64,000 nucleotides of DNA from Malacoraja senta (taxonomy: Eukaryota). Below, one piece after another: positions 14,401-26,835 of the stretch. Positions within the stretch are counted from its first letter, which is position 1. The number at the start of each line of letters is the position of its first letter. A program made the position numbers and the translations under genes. The notes beneath the pieces are model-generated. The model did not search any database. It saw only the letters and a list, made by a program, of their open reading frames with translations, and was not told the DNA's origin. The DNA lies in assembly GCA_038087875.1 (NCBI GenBank), contig CM075992.1:7938001-8002000 (forward strand). Direction: 5' to 3'.

Positions 14401-15552
14401 ACCTAAAAGCTGAACATAAAAGAGCAGCCCATGCCAACTTAATTTTCTTCTCCCTAATCTCTTATCCCATCCTGGTAACAATGCCAATACTGTGGTTGGC
14501 CTGATGACAAGTTGATGAATAGATTAATTATCCGTTGATTAAAATTTGTAATCAATTAATTGCTCTATAAAGCATATATAGTCAAAAAGATTAAAGTGCA
14601 AAGAGAATTTATGGATTCTTTTGGTATCTTTGTTCTCATCTAAATCAGAGTGCAATTACCACAGAATAAATACACTGAAATATAAACACAAATAAATAAT
14701 ACAATTCGCTAATATTGTGAAATATATGTTAAAACAATCACAAAAACTCTTACTGGCAACTTTAATTTTGTAACCCTAGATAATTTTTTTAATCTATTTA
14801 AAGTAACTGGTAACAGCAGCAGGTTTTAATATTTTGAGTAACATACAATTTTGATGCACATCTCTGCACATCAGCAGAAAAGTTTGAGAAAATTCTTTAC
14901 AATTCTTATTAGTCTGCTTTTAGTAACATGAATAAAAATACACTGCCATACGAGATTATGTGGGGAAATATGTGAACATTTTTTAAACAAACTATTTCAC
15001 TTAAGGGAGTCTTTTTTTTAATCTTCTCTTCCACTCTGCTAGTTTAATTTTTGATTCTATTCTTCAAAAATGTAGATGCATTATAGTTTTGGTTAATTGT
15101 ATTTGAATACAGCTTTAAGCCAGTTGCTTTTTAGTCTACATTAGTTCTTACCAAACATTTGATACAATTCTGAATAGAATGCCATTTAACTTTGGTGAAA
15201 AAAGTCAAACACCATACAAAATTATTCAACAAGTATTTCAATGAGTATAACCAACGTCGATTCTTTGAAGTAAATTAGATTGTCACTATCTATTTACAGT
15301 AACCAAGTGTTTGAAAACACATGATAGCTTCAATACAATCCATAGATTCCCATCAAACAAAATGTTTTCACTGCATCCGATCTTAATCTTATCTTGGGCA
15401 TATAAACATGTTAAAAAAAATACACAAAACTCTAATGGCGCTAAATCCACGCCTTTGTTGCCAAAAAATCGACTGCTAAATTATCAGCTCAAAAATCTTC
15501 CAATCTAAACAAAGTAATCAGTTTATTTTAACCAGCAACCTTTGCTTGCTCA

Positions 15553-15752
15553 NNNNNNNNNNNNNNNNNNNNNNNNNNNNNNNNNNNNNNNNNNNNNNNN
15601 NNNNNNNNNNNNNNNNNNNNNNNNNNNNNNNNNNNNNNNNNNNNNNNNNNNNNNNNNNNNNNNNNNNNNNNNNNNNNNNNNNNNNNNNNNNNNNNNNNNN
15701 NNNNNNNNNNNNNNNNNNNNNNNNNNNNNNNNNNNNNNNNNNNNNNNNNNNN
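15553..15752. other. Assembly gap (200 N)
   Basis: Run of N. Confidence 1.
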
Positions 15753-16263
15753 CTATTGAGGGAGTGCAGCGTAGGTTCACGAGGTTAATTCCCGGGATGG
15801 CGGGACTGTCATATGTTGATAGAATGGACTGGCTGGGCTTGTACACTCTGGAGTTTAGAAGGATGAGAGGGTATCTTATTGAAACATATAGGATTATTAA
15901 GGGTTTGGACATGCTGGAGGCAGGAAGCATGTTCCTGATGTTAGGGGAGTCCAGAACCAGGGCCACAGTTTAAGAATAAGGGGTAAGCCATTTAGAACGG
16001 AGATGAGGAAAAACCTTTTCACACAGAGAGTTGTGAATCTGTGGAATTCTCTGCCTCAGAAGGCAGTGGAGGCCAATTCTCTGTATGCTTTCGTGAGAGA
16101 GTTGGATAGAACTCTTAAAGATAGCAGAGTCAGGGGATATGGGGAGAAGGCAGGAACGGGGTACTGATTGGGGATGATCAGCCATGATCACAGTGAATGG
16201 CGGTGCTGGCTCGAAGGGCCGAATGGCCTACTCCTGCACCTATTGTCTATTGTCTATTGTCTA
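15753..16263 (+). mobile_element. CR1/HER1 LINE 3' fragment
   Basis: IEGVQRRFTRLIPGMAGLSY..LGLYTLEFRRMRG; (CTATTGT)n tail. Confidence 0.95.
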
Positions 16264-16529
16264 TAATAGGAGGAAATATAAAGGTAGAAAATATACACTT
16301 GCAAACAAATTAAAAACCTGCATAAATGTGTATTTTACTTTCAATGGGGAATTGAATGAAATCACAGCCCATCAATAGTTGGATGTATTTTAATAACTCA
16401 TTGCCTGTACATCAGCAGAGTATTAATAATCCAAGGTGTAATGAAGACTGACAGGCAAACGATCAATAAATATGTCTCGCTGGAAGCAGCGTGGCCTGGC
16501 ACAGAGCGGGTGTGTACGGGGGGAGGGGG

Positions 16530-17030
16530 TTTAGTTAGTTTAGATATACAGCAAGAAGAAAGGCCCCTCGGCCCACTGAGTCCGTGCCGACCAGCCATCC
16601 CCGCACACTAACACGATCCCACACGCACTAGGGACAATTTACAATTTTACTGAACCCAAATAACCTACAAACCTGCACGTCTTTGGAGTGTGGGAGGAAA
16701 CCGGAGCACCCGGAGGAAACCCACGCAGGTCACGGGGAGAACGTACAAACTCCGTACAGACAGCACCCGTGGTCAGGATCGAACCCGGGTCTCTAGCGCT
16801 GTACTCTGTGCAATAAATGATCAGTTTTAGTTTTTAGTGTTAGAGATACAGCGCGGATACAGGCCCTTCGGCCCACCGAGTCCGTGCTGACCAGCGATCC
16901 CCGCACACTGAACACCATCCCACGCACCAGAGACAGTTTACAATTATACCGAGCCAATTAACCTACAAACCTGTACGTCTTTGGAGTGTGGGAGGAAACC
17001 GAAGGACCCGGAGACACCGGAGAAACCCTC
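16530..17030 (-). mobile_element. Two tandem HE1-type V-SINE copies
   Basis: B-box-like GGTTCGATCC, V-domain gtacgttctccccgtgacctgcgtggg, HER1-like tail with (CTAAA)n. Confidence 0.9.
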
Positions 17031-17234
17031 CGTCTCACCAAAACGATTGAGAACAGAACCCTCCCCCTCATGTTATTGAGGTTGATTCACGGAAACTAAG
17101 GGCCAGGAGCCCAGGAACACCTTGGTCTTAATTGAAAAGCACCGCCTTACTGGGTTCCTCCCACATCAAACCACACGGCACACACAACTCTAGGAAGCGG
17201 GGGTACTAATGCCTGCAAGCGGACACATCTATCA

Positions 17235-17500
17235 CAAGTTCACGTTGGAGCAGAATTAGGCCATTCGGCCCATCGACTCCGCTCCGCCTTTCAATCATGG
17301 CTAATCTCTGCCTCCTAATCCCATTTTCCTGCCTTCCCCCCATAACCCCTGACACCCGTTCTCATCAAGAATTTGTCTCTCTCTGCCTTAAAAATATCCA
17401 CTGACGTGGCCTCCACAGCCCTCTGTGGCAATGAGTTCCACAGATTAACTACCCTCTGACTAAAGAAGTTCCTCCTCACCTCCTTCCTAAAAGAGCGCCC
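17235..17500 (-). mobile_element. CR1 3' fragment
   Basis: FRKEVRRNFFSQRVVNLWNSLPQRAVEA. Confidence 0.9.
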
Positions 17501-17977
17501 TTGCCCCCTCATGGATCTCCCAGTACCTCCACACAATTGCTCTGAGTTATGTAGGAAATAATAAAATATTGATATATTAACATTTTAATTCGATGATATA
17601 TCAACATGAAACCTGTGATTCATTCTGGCCTAATTATAGCAGCTCCGCTCGCTCCAGAGTTGCCTGCCTCAGCACGTTTTCAAAACTCCGAACCCATTAT
17701 TCTACTTGTTTATAAAACGTGAATTCTCTTTGCTCCACATCTCTGGAGACTGTCCTCAGAAGGCAGAGGAGAGTCTCTTGTTCTGGCAGAAAGCAAAGGC
17801 GTAAGGCAAACAGTGCAAGTGCTGTCAATTCTCCTGCAGATTGTGTCAGTAGAGCAGTTGGAGCCGTAATCCTCAAGTGTCTGAGGACAGAGAGACAGGG
17901 AAATGAAGGGACATTGGAGCATGGGGTGATGGGGAGAACACACACCAACGATAGAGCATTGTATAGGATGGAACTCC

Positions 17978-18597
17978 AGATAGACACAAAATGCTGGAGT
18001 AACTCAGCGGGTCAGGCAGCATCTCTGGAGAGAAGGAATGGGTGACGTTTCGGTTCGAGACCCTTCTTCAGACTGAGAGCCAGGGAAACGAGAGATATAG
18101 ACGGTGATGTAGAGAGGTGTAGAAAATATGAATGAAAGATATGCAAAAACGTAAAGATGATAAAGGAAACAAGCCATTGTTAGCTGTGGGCTAGGTGAGG
18201 ATGAGTACAGTGAGTGAGTGTGTGGAATTCTCTGCCTCAGAGGGTGGTGGAGGCAGGTTCTCTGGATGCTTTCAAGAGAGAACTAGATAGGTTTCTTAAA
18301 GATAGCGGAGTCAGGGGATGTGGGAAGAAGGCAGGAACGGGGTACTGATTGGGGATGATCAGGCATGATCACATTGAATGGCGGTGCTGGCTCGAAGGCC
18401 AAATGTCCTACTCCTGCACCTATTGTCTCTTGTCTATTGTCTACAGACAATGAGAATCAACAAGCTGACTTTGAAGCTGGTACGACTTGGGTGGGGGAGG
18501 GATGGAGAGAGAGGGGATGCAATGGTTACTTCAAGTGAGAGAAATCAATACGCATACCACTGGGTTGTAAGCTGCCCAAGCGAAATATGAGATGCAG
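17978..18597 (-). mobile_element. Penelope-like 3' end/pLTR, interrupted by a + strand CR1 fragment (~18220-18443)
   Basis: Collinear with 27930-28475; GIY-YIG C-terminal remnant and hammerhead-like core. Confidence 0.8.
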
Positions 18598-18634
18598 ATA
18601 GGGTTTGCCTGAATGCTTGCTGGATTAGTTTAAT

Positions 18635-19135
18635 TTAGTTCAGTTTATTATCACGTGTACAGTGAAAAGCTTATGTTGCGTGCTATCCAGTCAGTGGAAA
18701 GATTATACATGATTACCGTCGAGCCGTCCACAGTGTACAGATACATGATAAGGGAATAACGTTTAATGCAAGATAAAGTCCAGTGAAGTCCGACCAAGGT
18801 TAGTCCAATGGTCTCCAATGTGGTTGATGCCAAGTCAGGACCGCTCTCTAGTTGGTGATAGGATGGATCAGTTGCCCGATAACAGCTGGGAAGAAACTGT
18901 CGTTGAATCGGAGGTGGTTAAGAAAGAACTGCAAGTGCTGGAAAAATCGAAGGTAGACAAAAATGCTGGAGAAACTCAGCGGGTGAGGCAGCATCTATGG
19001 AGCGAAGGAATAGGTGACGTTTCGGGTCCGAAACGTCACCTATTCCTTCGCTCCATAGATGCTGCCTCACCCGCTAAGTTTCTCCAGCATTTTTGTCCAC
19101 CTTTGAATCTGGAAGTGTGCGTTTTCACACTTCCG
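18635..19135 (-). mobile_element. Rex1/Babar-type LINE 3' end with a nested Penelope palindrome (~18918-19102)
   Basis: THTSRF..DSFFPAVIGQL motif; same 3' UTR as 52830-53185. Confidence 0.7.
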
Positions 19136-19382
19136 TACCTGGGTCTCTGGCGCTGTCAGGCAGCAACTCTACCGCTGCGCCACCGTGCCGCTCCGGGATA
19201 AAAGTGTTTGAAGAAGGGTTTCGGCCCGAAACGTTGCCTATCTCCTTCGCTCCATAGATGCTGCCGCACCCGCTGAGTTTCTCCAGCACTTTTTGTCTAC
19301 CTTCGATTTTCCAGCATCTGCAGTTCCTTCTTAAACATAAAAGTGTTATAGTGGGAGAGGCAGGAAGATGTGCGCGCAGGGT

Positions 19383-19396
19383 GTTGCCATGGCGAC
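19383..19396. promoter_or_regulatory. RFX X-box
   Basis: GTTGCCATGGCGAC, a 13/14 match to palindromic GTTGCCATGGCAAC, in a unique CpG-containing island with CAGGAAG and TGCGCGCA just upstream. Confidence 0.6.
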
Positions 19397-19812
19397 GGAG
19401 CTGGCTCTGACAGCCTGTGAGCGGCCTCTATCGACACTATAGAGACCAGCCTTCACAACATCCAAGGGCCGACGATCACTTCTGAGACGCTTTGAGGAAG
19501 ATTCCCACACGAGAAAACTTTCCGAAAGCCTTGTTGCTCTAAAGACTGAGGCGGAGCATTCCGGAAACAGCAGCCGGGAGAAGCTGGGAAGTTTCTGTGT
19601 GCGTGTGGTTCAGTCTCACACACAGCTAGAAAACAGGCCCTTCGGCCCACCGAGTCCACGCTGACCAGCGATGCCACTACCCTACACGCTGGGGACAATT
19701 TACAATTTTACCAAAGGCAATTAACCAACAAACCCGCACGTCTTTGGGATGTGGGAGAGATTGTCCCTCGTGTGTAGGGAGTGGACGTGAAAGCGGGATA
19801 ACTTAGAACTAG

Positions 19813-21080
19813 GAATCCAGGCAAAACATCGTACCATATACTTGGTACCACCCTTGAAGAATCCAAACAAACCAAGTATCTTGGCATCAAATTGCAGAAT
19901 GATCTGCGCTGGAATGGTCAGACTCATCATGCAACGGTGAAACATAGAAACATAGAAACATAGAAATTAGGTGCAGGAGTAGGCCATTCGGCCCTTCGAG
20001 CCTGCACCGCCATTCAATATGATCATGGCTGATCATCCAACTCAGTATCCCGTACCTGCCTTCTCTCCATACCCCCTGATCCCTTTAGCCACAAGGGCCA
20101 CATCTAGCTCCCTCTTAAATATAGCCAATGAACTGGCCTCGACTACCCTCTGTGGCAGAGAGTTCCAGAGATTCACCACTCTCTGTGTGAAAAAAGTTCT
20201 TCTCATCTCGGTTTTAAAGGATTTCCCCCTTATCCTTAAGCTGTGACCCCTTGTCCTGGACTTCCCCAACATCGGGAGCAATCTTCCTGCATCTAGCCTG
20301 TCCAACCCCTTAAGAATTTTGTAAGTTTCTATAAGATCCCCTCTCAATCTCCTAAATTCTAGAGAGTATAAACCAAGTCTATCCAGTCTTTCTTCATAAG
20401 ACAGTCCTGACATCCCAGGAATCAGTCTGGTGAACCTTCTCTGCACTCCCTCTATGGCAATAATGTCCTTCCGAAAGCAACAGGTGTCCTAAATTTTCTG
20501 AGGCGCAACTTTCATCATTGTTCAACTTCTGTCAAGGAGAAGCTATACTTCACCCTCGTTAGGACCTCATTTGGACTACGCAGTTGCAGCATGGGACCCA
20601 TACACAAATAAAAACATTTCTTCCATCGAACGTGTCCAAAGACAGGCAGCTCGATTTGTTACTAACACCTATGAGAGGAGAAGCGAGTGTTACCAAACTT
20701 CTGAATTCTCTGGGGTGGAACCCTCTCCAAGACAGACGTGAAGCTCACCGTTTGACCTGTTTTTACAAAATGTTAAATGGTCAGCTCGACATAGATTACA
20801 AGACCTACACCAAACCCAAACCAATTAGGAGCAGACGAGGGCATTCGATCCAATTTGAGATTCCAGCTACCAAGACAGATGTGTACACCAATTCATTCTT
20901 CCCCCGCACAATTACAGCATGGAATAATCTTCACCCAACCATAGTTACCCAACCAGATGCAACTAAATTTAAGGTAGCTCTTTCTTCCCAAAAACCCTTT
21001 CTGGCTTAAGCCCTCCCTCCACCACCTCCAGTTTAAATTCCATTTGGAATATTTTGGAGGACCAAGAAACCAAGAACCAA
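19813..21080 (+). mobile_element. Divergent CR1-group LINE 3' portion (invertebrate-like), (AACCAAG)n tail, 7-bp TSD
   Basis: YLGIKLQNDLRWNGQ..LRRNFHHCSTSVKEKLYFTLVR..LGWNPLQDRR..TNSFFPRTITAWNNL; GAACTAG at 19806 and 21081. Confidence 0.8.
19940..20471 (-). mobile_element. Young CR1/HER1 3' fragment nested in the previous LINE
   Basis: ORF 20042-20446 QRRFTRLIPGMSGLSYEERL...GYGEKAGTGY; (TTTCTATG)n tail. Confidence 0.95.
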
Positions 21081-21258
21081 GAACTAGTGCGATCAGGTGA
21101 TCGTTGGTCAGCATGGACCCGGTGGGCCGAAGGACCTGTTTTTGTGCTCTATCTCTAAACCAAACTTAACATGGATAGGGACCCTTCAGACTGATTCAAT
21201 GAGCTGCAAGCTTCTGATCACTGTGACTTGGGATCGAGAAAAATCTCTAATCCCACAG

Positions 21259-21565
21259 GGCGGCACGGTGGCGCAGCGGTAGAGTTGCTGCCTCTGGGTT
21301 CGATCCCGACTACGGGTGCTGTCTGTACGGAGTTTGTACGTTCTCCCCGTGACCCGCGTGGGTTTTCTCCGAGATCTTTGTTTTCCTCCCACACTCCAAA
21401 GTCGTACAGGTTAGTAGGTTAATTGGCTTGGTAAATGTAAAAAACTGTCCCTAGTGTGTGTAGGATAGTGTTAGCGTGCGGGATGATCATTGGTCGAAGC
21501 GGACTCGTTGGGCCGAAGGGCCTGTTTCTGTGCTGTGTCTCTCAGGTAAACGAAACTAAAAACTA
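21259..21565 (+). mobile_element. HE1-type V-SINE
   Basis: gggcggcacggtggcgcagcggtagag (A box), gggttcgatccc (B box), V-domain, tail. Confidence 0.9.
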
Positions 21566-22157
21566 AACGTCGTTCTGGCAATTTTGAATCCAGGCAGATT
21601 TGCAAATCCCAGCAGGTCCAGGCCTGCCGTGGATGGGAGTTCCCCGTCCTGCTCTAGCTCGGCCAAACACTCCGCACCCTTGGCAGAAGGCCGCGCACAC
21701 GCTCACCCACAAACGTACACAACACCCGCCCCAAGCAGCGCACCCAACATCCCAACCCATCGTGCGGGTTTCAATGGGGCACGACAGAGATGGCGAGGGT
21801 GAGGCAGGGTGCGGCAAAGGTGGTGGTGAGGGTGGGTGCTGGGTGACGATGGGCACCCATTCCTTCTCCCCGGAGATGCTGCCGGTCCCGCTGAGTTACT
21901 CCAGCATTTAGTGTCTATCTTCGGTGTAAACCAGCATCTGCAGTTCTTTCTTACACAGGTTTGTAGGTTAATTGGCTTCTGTAAGTTGTCCCTAAGGTGT
22001 CGGATAAAACTAGTGTCCTGGGTGATCACAGGTCAGCGTGGAGTAGGGAATGAATGCTCCACCGGGATAACATAGAACTAGTGTGGACGGGTGATCGTTG
22101 GTCGGCACGGACTCGATGGGCCGAAGGGCCAGTTTCCAAACTCTGTCTCTAAACTAA

Positions 22158-22596
22158 ACAGGAAAGATGTTCCCCATGTTGGGGGGAGTCCAGAACCAGG
22201 GGCCACACAGTTTAAGAATAACGGGTCGGCCATTTAGGACTGAGATGAGGAAAAACGTTTTCACCCAGAGAGTTGTGAATCTGTGGAATTCTCTGCCACA
22301 GAAGGCAGTGGAGGCCGATTCACTGCATGTTTTCAAAAGACAGTTAGATATAGCTCGAAGGTAGACACAAAATGCTGGAGTAACTCAGCGGGACAGGCAG
22401 CATCTCTGGAGAGAAGGAATGGGTGACGTTTCGGGTCGATGATATAGCTCTTAGGGCAAACAAAATCAAGGGATATGGAGAGAAGGCAGGAACGGGGTAC
22501 AGATTGTGGATGATCAGCCATGATCATATTGAATGGCGGTGCAGGCTCGAAGGGCCGAATGGCCTACTCCTGCACCTATTGTCTATGTTTCTATGT
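22158..22596 (+). mobile_element. CR1 3' fragment with an inserted Penelope fragment (~22357-22441)
   Basis: FRTEMRKNVFTQRVVNLWNSLPQ; GATATAGCTC duplicated around the insert. Confidence 0.9.
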
Positions 22597-23455
22597 AAAC
22601 AAAAAATGAAACATCTGAAAGCCAGGTTATGCTGCCTTACTGAAGAGGCTGATGTGAGTGTTGGCTGCGTCCTCTCTCGTAAAAAAACACCATTATGCAG
22701 TAATGATGACCTTAGCAAAGCTCCGTCTTTGCTGCCAGCAGCCCAGGGCTCAGGGCTAATCCACCTCTAATTGCTTTTTGATGGCACCAAGCCATGAACT
22801 CACGATCCATTGTATGTTTCTGCCAGACGAATTATACAGGACATTAAGAGAACGGAGAGAGACAAATTTGCTGTTTGAAAGACAAGCAATCAGGGTAATT
22901 GGGTCTGAATTTTGAAAGGAGGTGTCAATAAAGCAGCTGTTAGGACGGTGTGCCCGCGCTTCCCCTACGAGGAGGAGGGTGACGGCATTGTCCCTGACCT
23001 CCACAGATCAAATGTGGAGGAAGGAACTGCAGATGCTGGTTTAAACCGAAGATACACACAAAATTGCTGGAGTAACTCAACGGGACAGGCAGCATCTCTG
23101 GAGAGAAGGAGGGACGCACTGAAGCTCGGTGCAGCCAACGCCAAGGCTCAGTGGGGGAGGACCACAGTCTAGGGTCCTTCCGCTGCTGGACATGGGGGGC
23201 CAGGGTGTGGTGGAGACGCCCCTCAAAATAAGGGAAGGTATCCCATGCCAGGGGGCCACATCAGTGGTACGGGTGGGGGACAGATTTGTGAAATTTCAGA
23301 AATGTATATAGACTGCATTGAACAATTTGTATAGCCTCCGAAAATGTCGGATGAATTTTTCGCACGGTTCACGTATTGTATATATTTATTACCCGAATAA
23401 AGACCATTTTGAAATTTAAAACAAAAATCTCTGGAGAGAAGGAATAAAGTCATCA

Positions 23456-23792
23456 GGTCATGAGGAGTAGGAATAAAATTAGGCCATTCGGCCCATCAAG
23501 TCTACTCCGCCATTCAATCATGGCTGATCTATCTCTCCCTCCTAACCCCATTCTCCTGCCTTCTCCCCATAACCTCTGACACCCGTATTAATCAAGAATC
23601 TATCTATCTCAGCCTTAAAAATATCCATTGATTTGGCCTCCACAGCCTTTTGTGGCAAAGAATTCCACAGATTCACCACCCTGACTGAAGAAATTTCTCC
23701 TCATCTACTTCCTAAAAGATCGTCCTTTAATTCTGAGGCTGTGACCTCTGGTCCTAGACTCTCCGACTAGTGGAAACATCCTCTCCCCATCA
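23456..23792 (-). mobile_element. CR1 3' fragment
   Basis: Reverse complement of the CR1 C-terminus and 3' UTR. Confidence 0.85.
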
Positions 23793-23996
23793 ATAGAATG
23801 GGTGACGTTTCAGTCTGAAGAAGGGTCTCGACCCGAAACATCACCCATTCCTTCTCTCCAGAGATGCTGTCTGCCCCGCTGAGTTACTCCAGCATTTCGT
23901 GTCTGTCTCCACAGATCAAACCAGCAGAGCCATACAGAAGCAATGCCAGCAGGAACAAAGAGCAGTGAAATCCCTGACTGGCCCCCACAGAGTGTG

Positions 23997-24322
23997 TTTT
24001 TTAGTTTAGTTTAGTTTAGTTTAGAGATACAGCGTGGAAACAGGCCCTTCGGCCCACTGAGTCCGCACCGACCAGCGATCCCCGCACACTTACACTATCC
24101 TACACCCACTAGGGACAATTTACAATTATACCAACCAATTTACAATTATACCAACCAATAAACCCGTACGTCTTTGATGTGTGGGAGGAAACTGGAGATC
24201 CCGGAGAAAACCCACGCGGGTCACGGGAAGAACATGCAAACTCCGTATAGACAGCACCCATAGTCAGGATGGAACCCGGGTCTCTGGCGCTGTGAGGCAG
24301 CAACTCCACCGTGGCGCCACCT
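23997..24322 (-). mobile_element. HE1-type V-SINE
   Basis: Full head-to-tail match to the other copies. Confidence 0.9.
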
Positions 24323-24767
24323 ACGTAAAATGTCCAAAGTTCTGCAGATGGATAGATTTTTGTTTCGGACGGAACTGCAGGTGCCGGTTTACACCGAAGA
24401 TTGGCACAAAATGCTGGAGTAACTCAACGGGACAGGCTGACAAGAGAGAAGGAATAGGTAACGTTTCAGGTCAAGACCCTTGCTCCGACTGAGAGACTCG
24501 AAACACCACCAATTCCTTTTCTCCAGAGATGCCGCCTACCCCGCTGAGTTACTCCAGCATTTAGTGAACATTGAACGGGGTGATCAATGGCTGGCTTGGA
24601 GTCGAAGGGCCGAAGGGCCTGTTTCCATGCTGTCTCTCTGAACGTAACAAAAACTGACCATACACTAATCCCCAAAATTATGATGGCATTGTGTGACTCC
24701 TTAAACGGATTTGCACATGCATTATAAACCGCGGGGAGGATTGGAGAAATAGGTTGCAGACTTTGAA

Positions 24768-25326
24768 GACTCTGCTGTTCGATGACGTTGAGCTTGGCGG
24801 TGGTAAGGCCTTCAACGTTGAGCTGCAGTAGCGCTAAACCTCGACAGTTGGCGGCATTTAACGGTGCTGCCTGGCCCAGGGAGGCACGGCTTTTAGCGGT
24901 CTGCAGACGCGGTAAAGAGTTAAAGAAGGAACTGCAGATGCTGGAAAATCGAAGGTACACAAAACGAGACGCGGTAAAGACATTGGTTTCGCTTTGTGGG
25001 CTTATGAGCCTCGTGGAGGAGGCCGCGTAGAGGCTGTCTTTGTCTCCCCTTGTCTGCCCCGAAAGCAGTGGACAACCCTCAACCACTTGAGGACAGGTGT
25101 CTGACGCTATGGAGTAGCGATGAAGAGGTGGGGCCTCGTGGACAGCGCCTCCTGCGAGTGTGGGGACCCAACACAGACAGTGGAGCACATAGTCACCAGT
25201 TGCCCCAAACACCGGCCACCGAATGGTGAACGAGGTGTGATTGACCTGGACGATGACACGTTGGCCTGGCTCGCCTCAACGGAGCTGCAGGTCTAAAAGA
25301 CACACGACAGAGGAGAAGAAGAAGAA
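24768..25326. mobile_element. Rearranged Vingi (Ingi-group) LINE: inverted 5' APE start joined to the 3' zinc-knuckle end
   Basis: Minus strand LQLNVEGLTTAKLNVIEQ; plus strand LNHLRTG..MKRWGLVDSASCECGDPTQTVEHIVTSCPKH; (GAA)n tail. Confidence 0.75.
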
Positions 25327-25564
25327 TCTGCTGGATTCTTCAAGGCTTCTTCAAAGGTTGAGCAGGGTGGTTACCAAAATACATTCCCAGCCACCCTGAC
25401 CTAGTCTTCGTTCCACTTATTCAACATCAATCAGGGACTTACCAATTGTCCCATGATTTTATCCAATTTGGACTCATTCATCAGTCTGAAGAAGGGTTCC
25501 GACTCGAAACGTCACCCATCCTTTTTATCTTGACTCCAGAGATGCTGCCTGACCCGCAGAGTTA

Positions 25565-26252
25565 AGGCCCTGTCCCACTTACGTGTCCTTGGCACGCAAA
25601 TTACGCGACCTCGTCGTTGCGTTGAGGCGCACGGGCATCGTGTGGCCGTGCGGGGCCGGTCCCACTGAGAAGCGCGGAGGGGTATGGAGTTGTGCGCGGT
25701 ATCACGCGACGCTCCGAAATTTTGTAGCGAACAAAATCTTCGCGCGCCACCGGCCTGTCGCGTAACTGACGGCCAAAGTGGGACAGGCCCAAGACCCTGG
25801 CACGACGCAACGTCTCACCTCCAACAGCAGCAGAAGCAGCCAAACGATCGCCGAGCTCGGCCTGGGGCTCACGGCCGTTGCGGATCCGGATCCGCCCCCA
25901 CTTCTACTCCCAGAGCAGGGCCAAGAAAATTGAAGAGAGACACGAAATGCAGGAGTAACTCAGCAGGACCGGCAGCAACTCTGGAGAGAAGGAATGGGTG
26001 ACGTTTCGGGTCAAGACCCTTCTTTCAGACTGAAGAAGAGTCTCGACCCAAAACATCACCCATTCCTTCTCTCCAGAGATGCTGCCGGTCCCACAGAGTT
26101 ACTCCAGCATTTTGTGTCTATCTTCAAATGACGTCACACGCTCCAGACGGCTGTGCGGGCGCATGATGACGCGCACGACTCTCGCGGGACCGTCGCGCCT
26201 CAACACGACCACGAGGTCACGTAGTTAGCGACACGTAAGTGGGGCAGGGGCA
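25565..26252. mobile_element. Harbinger-type MITE carrying a Penelope palindrome, inserted into another Penelope remnant
   Basis: TIRs aggccctgtcccacttacgtgtc / gacacgtaagtggggcaggggca; TTA TSD restores gagTTActc. Confidence 0.8.
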
Positions 26253-26394
26253 TTACTCTGTGTATCTTTTTGTGGATCTTTGGTAAAAAACAGCATCTGC
26301 ATTTTCTACGTTTCCTCATTATTTGAAACCTTCAAGCTGAAATTATTCCGGTGAATTCCGTGGTCTTTGTTGAGAATTGAACAGTTCAAGTGGA

Positions 26395-26792
26395 GATGGG
26401 CACAAACAGCTGGGGTAACTTAGCGGGTCAGGCAGCATCTCTGGAGAAGGAAAAAAACGGTGATGTTTCAGGTCTGAACCCTTCTTCAGACTGAAAGATA
26501 GAAGGGTCTGAAGAAGGTAGACAAAAATGCTGAAGGGACTCAGCGGGTGAGGCAGCATCTATGGAGCGAAGGAATAGGTGATGCTGCCTCACCCGCTGAG
26601 TTTCCCCAAGATTTTTGTCTACCTTCGATTTTTCCAGCATCTGCAGTTCTTTCTTAAACAGGGTCTGAAGAAGGGTTCCCAGCCAAAATGTCATTTCTTC
26701 TCTCCAGAGAAGCTGCCTGTCCCACTGAGTTACTCCAGCTTTTTGTGTCTATCTTCAGTGTAAGCCAGCATCTGCAGTTCTTTCCTACACAT
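26395..26792. mobile_element. Nested Penelope-derived palindromes
   Basis: One subfamily's palindrome inside another; AGGGTCTGAAGAAGG repeated. Confidence 0.75.
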
Positions 26793-26835
26793 TTTAGATA
26801 GGAGATGGGTTTGTGTATAGGTCTCCCCCCAACTC

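Noticed and set aside
15542..15973. ORFs spanning N runs (also 39674-40221)
   Set aside because: Gap artefacts
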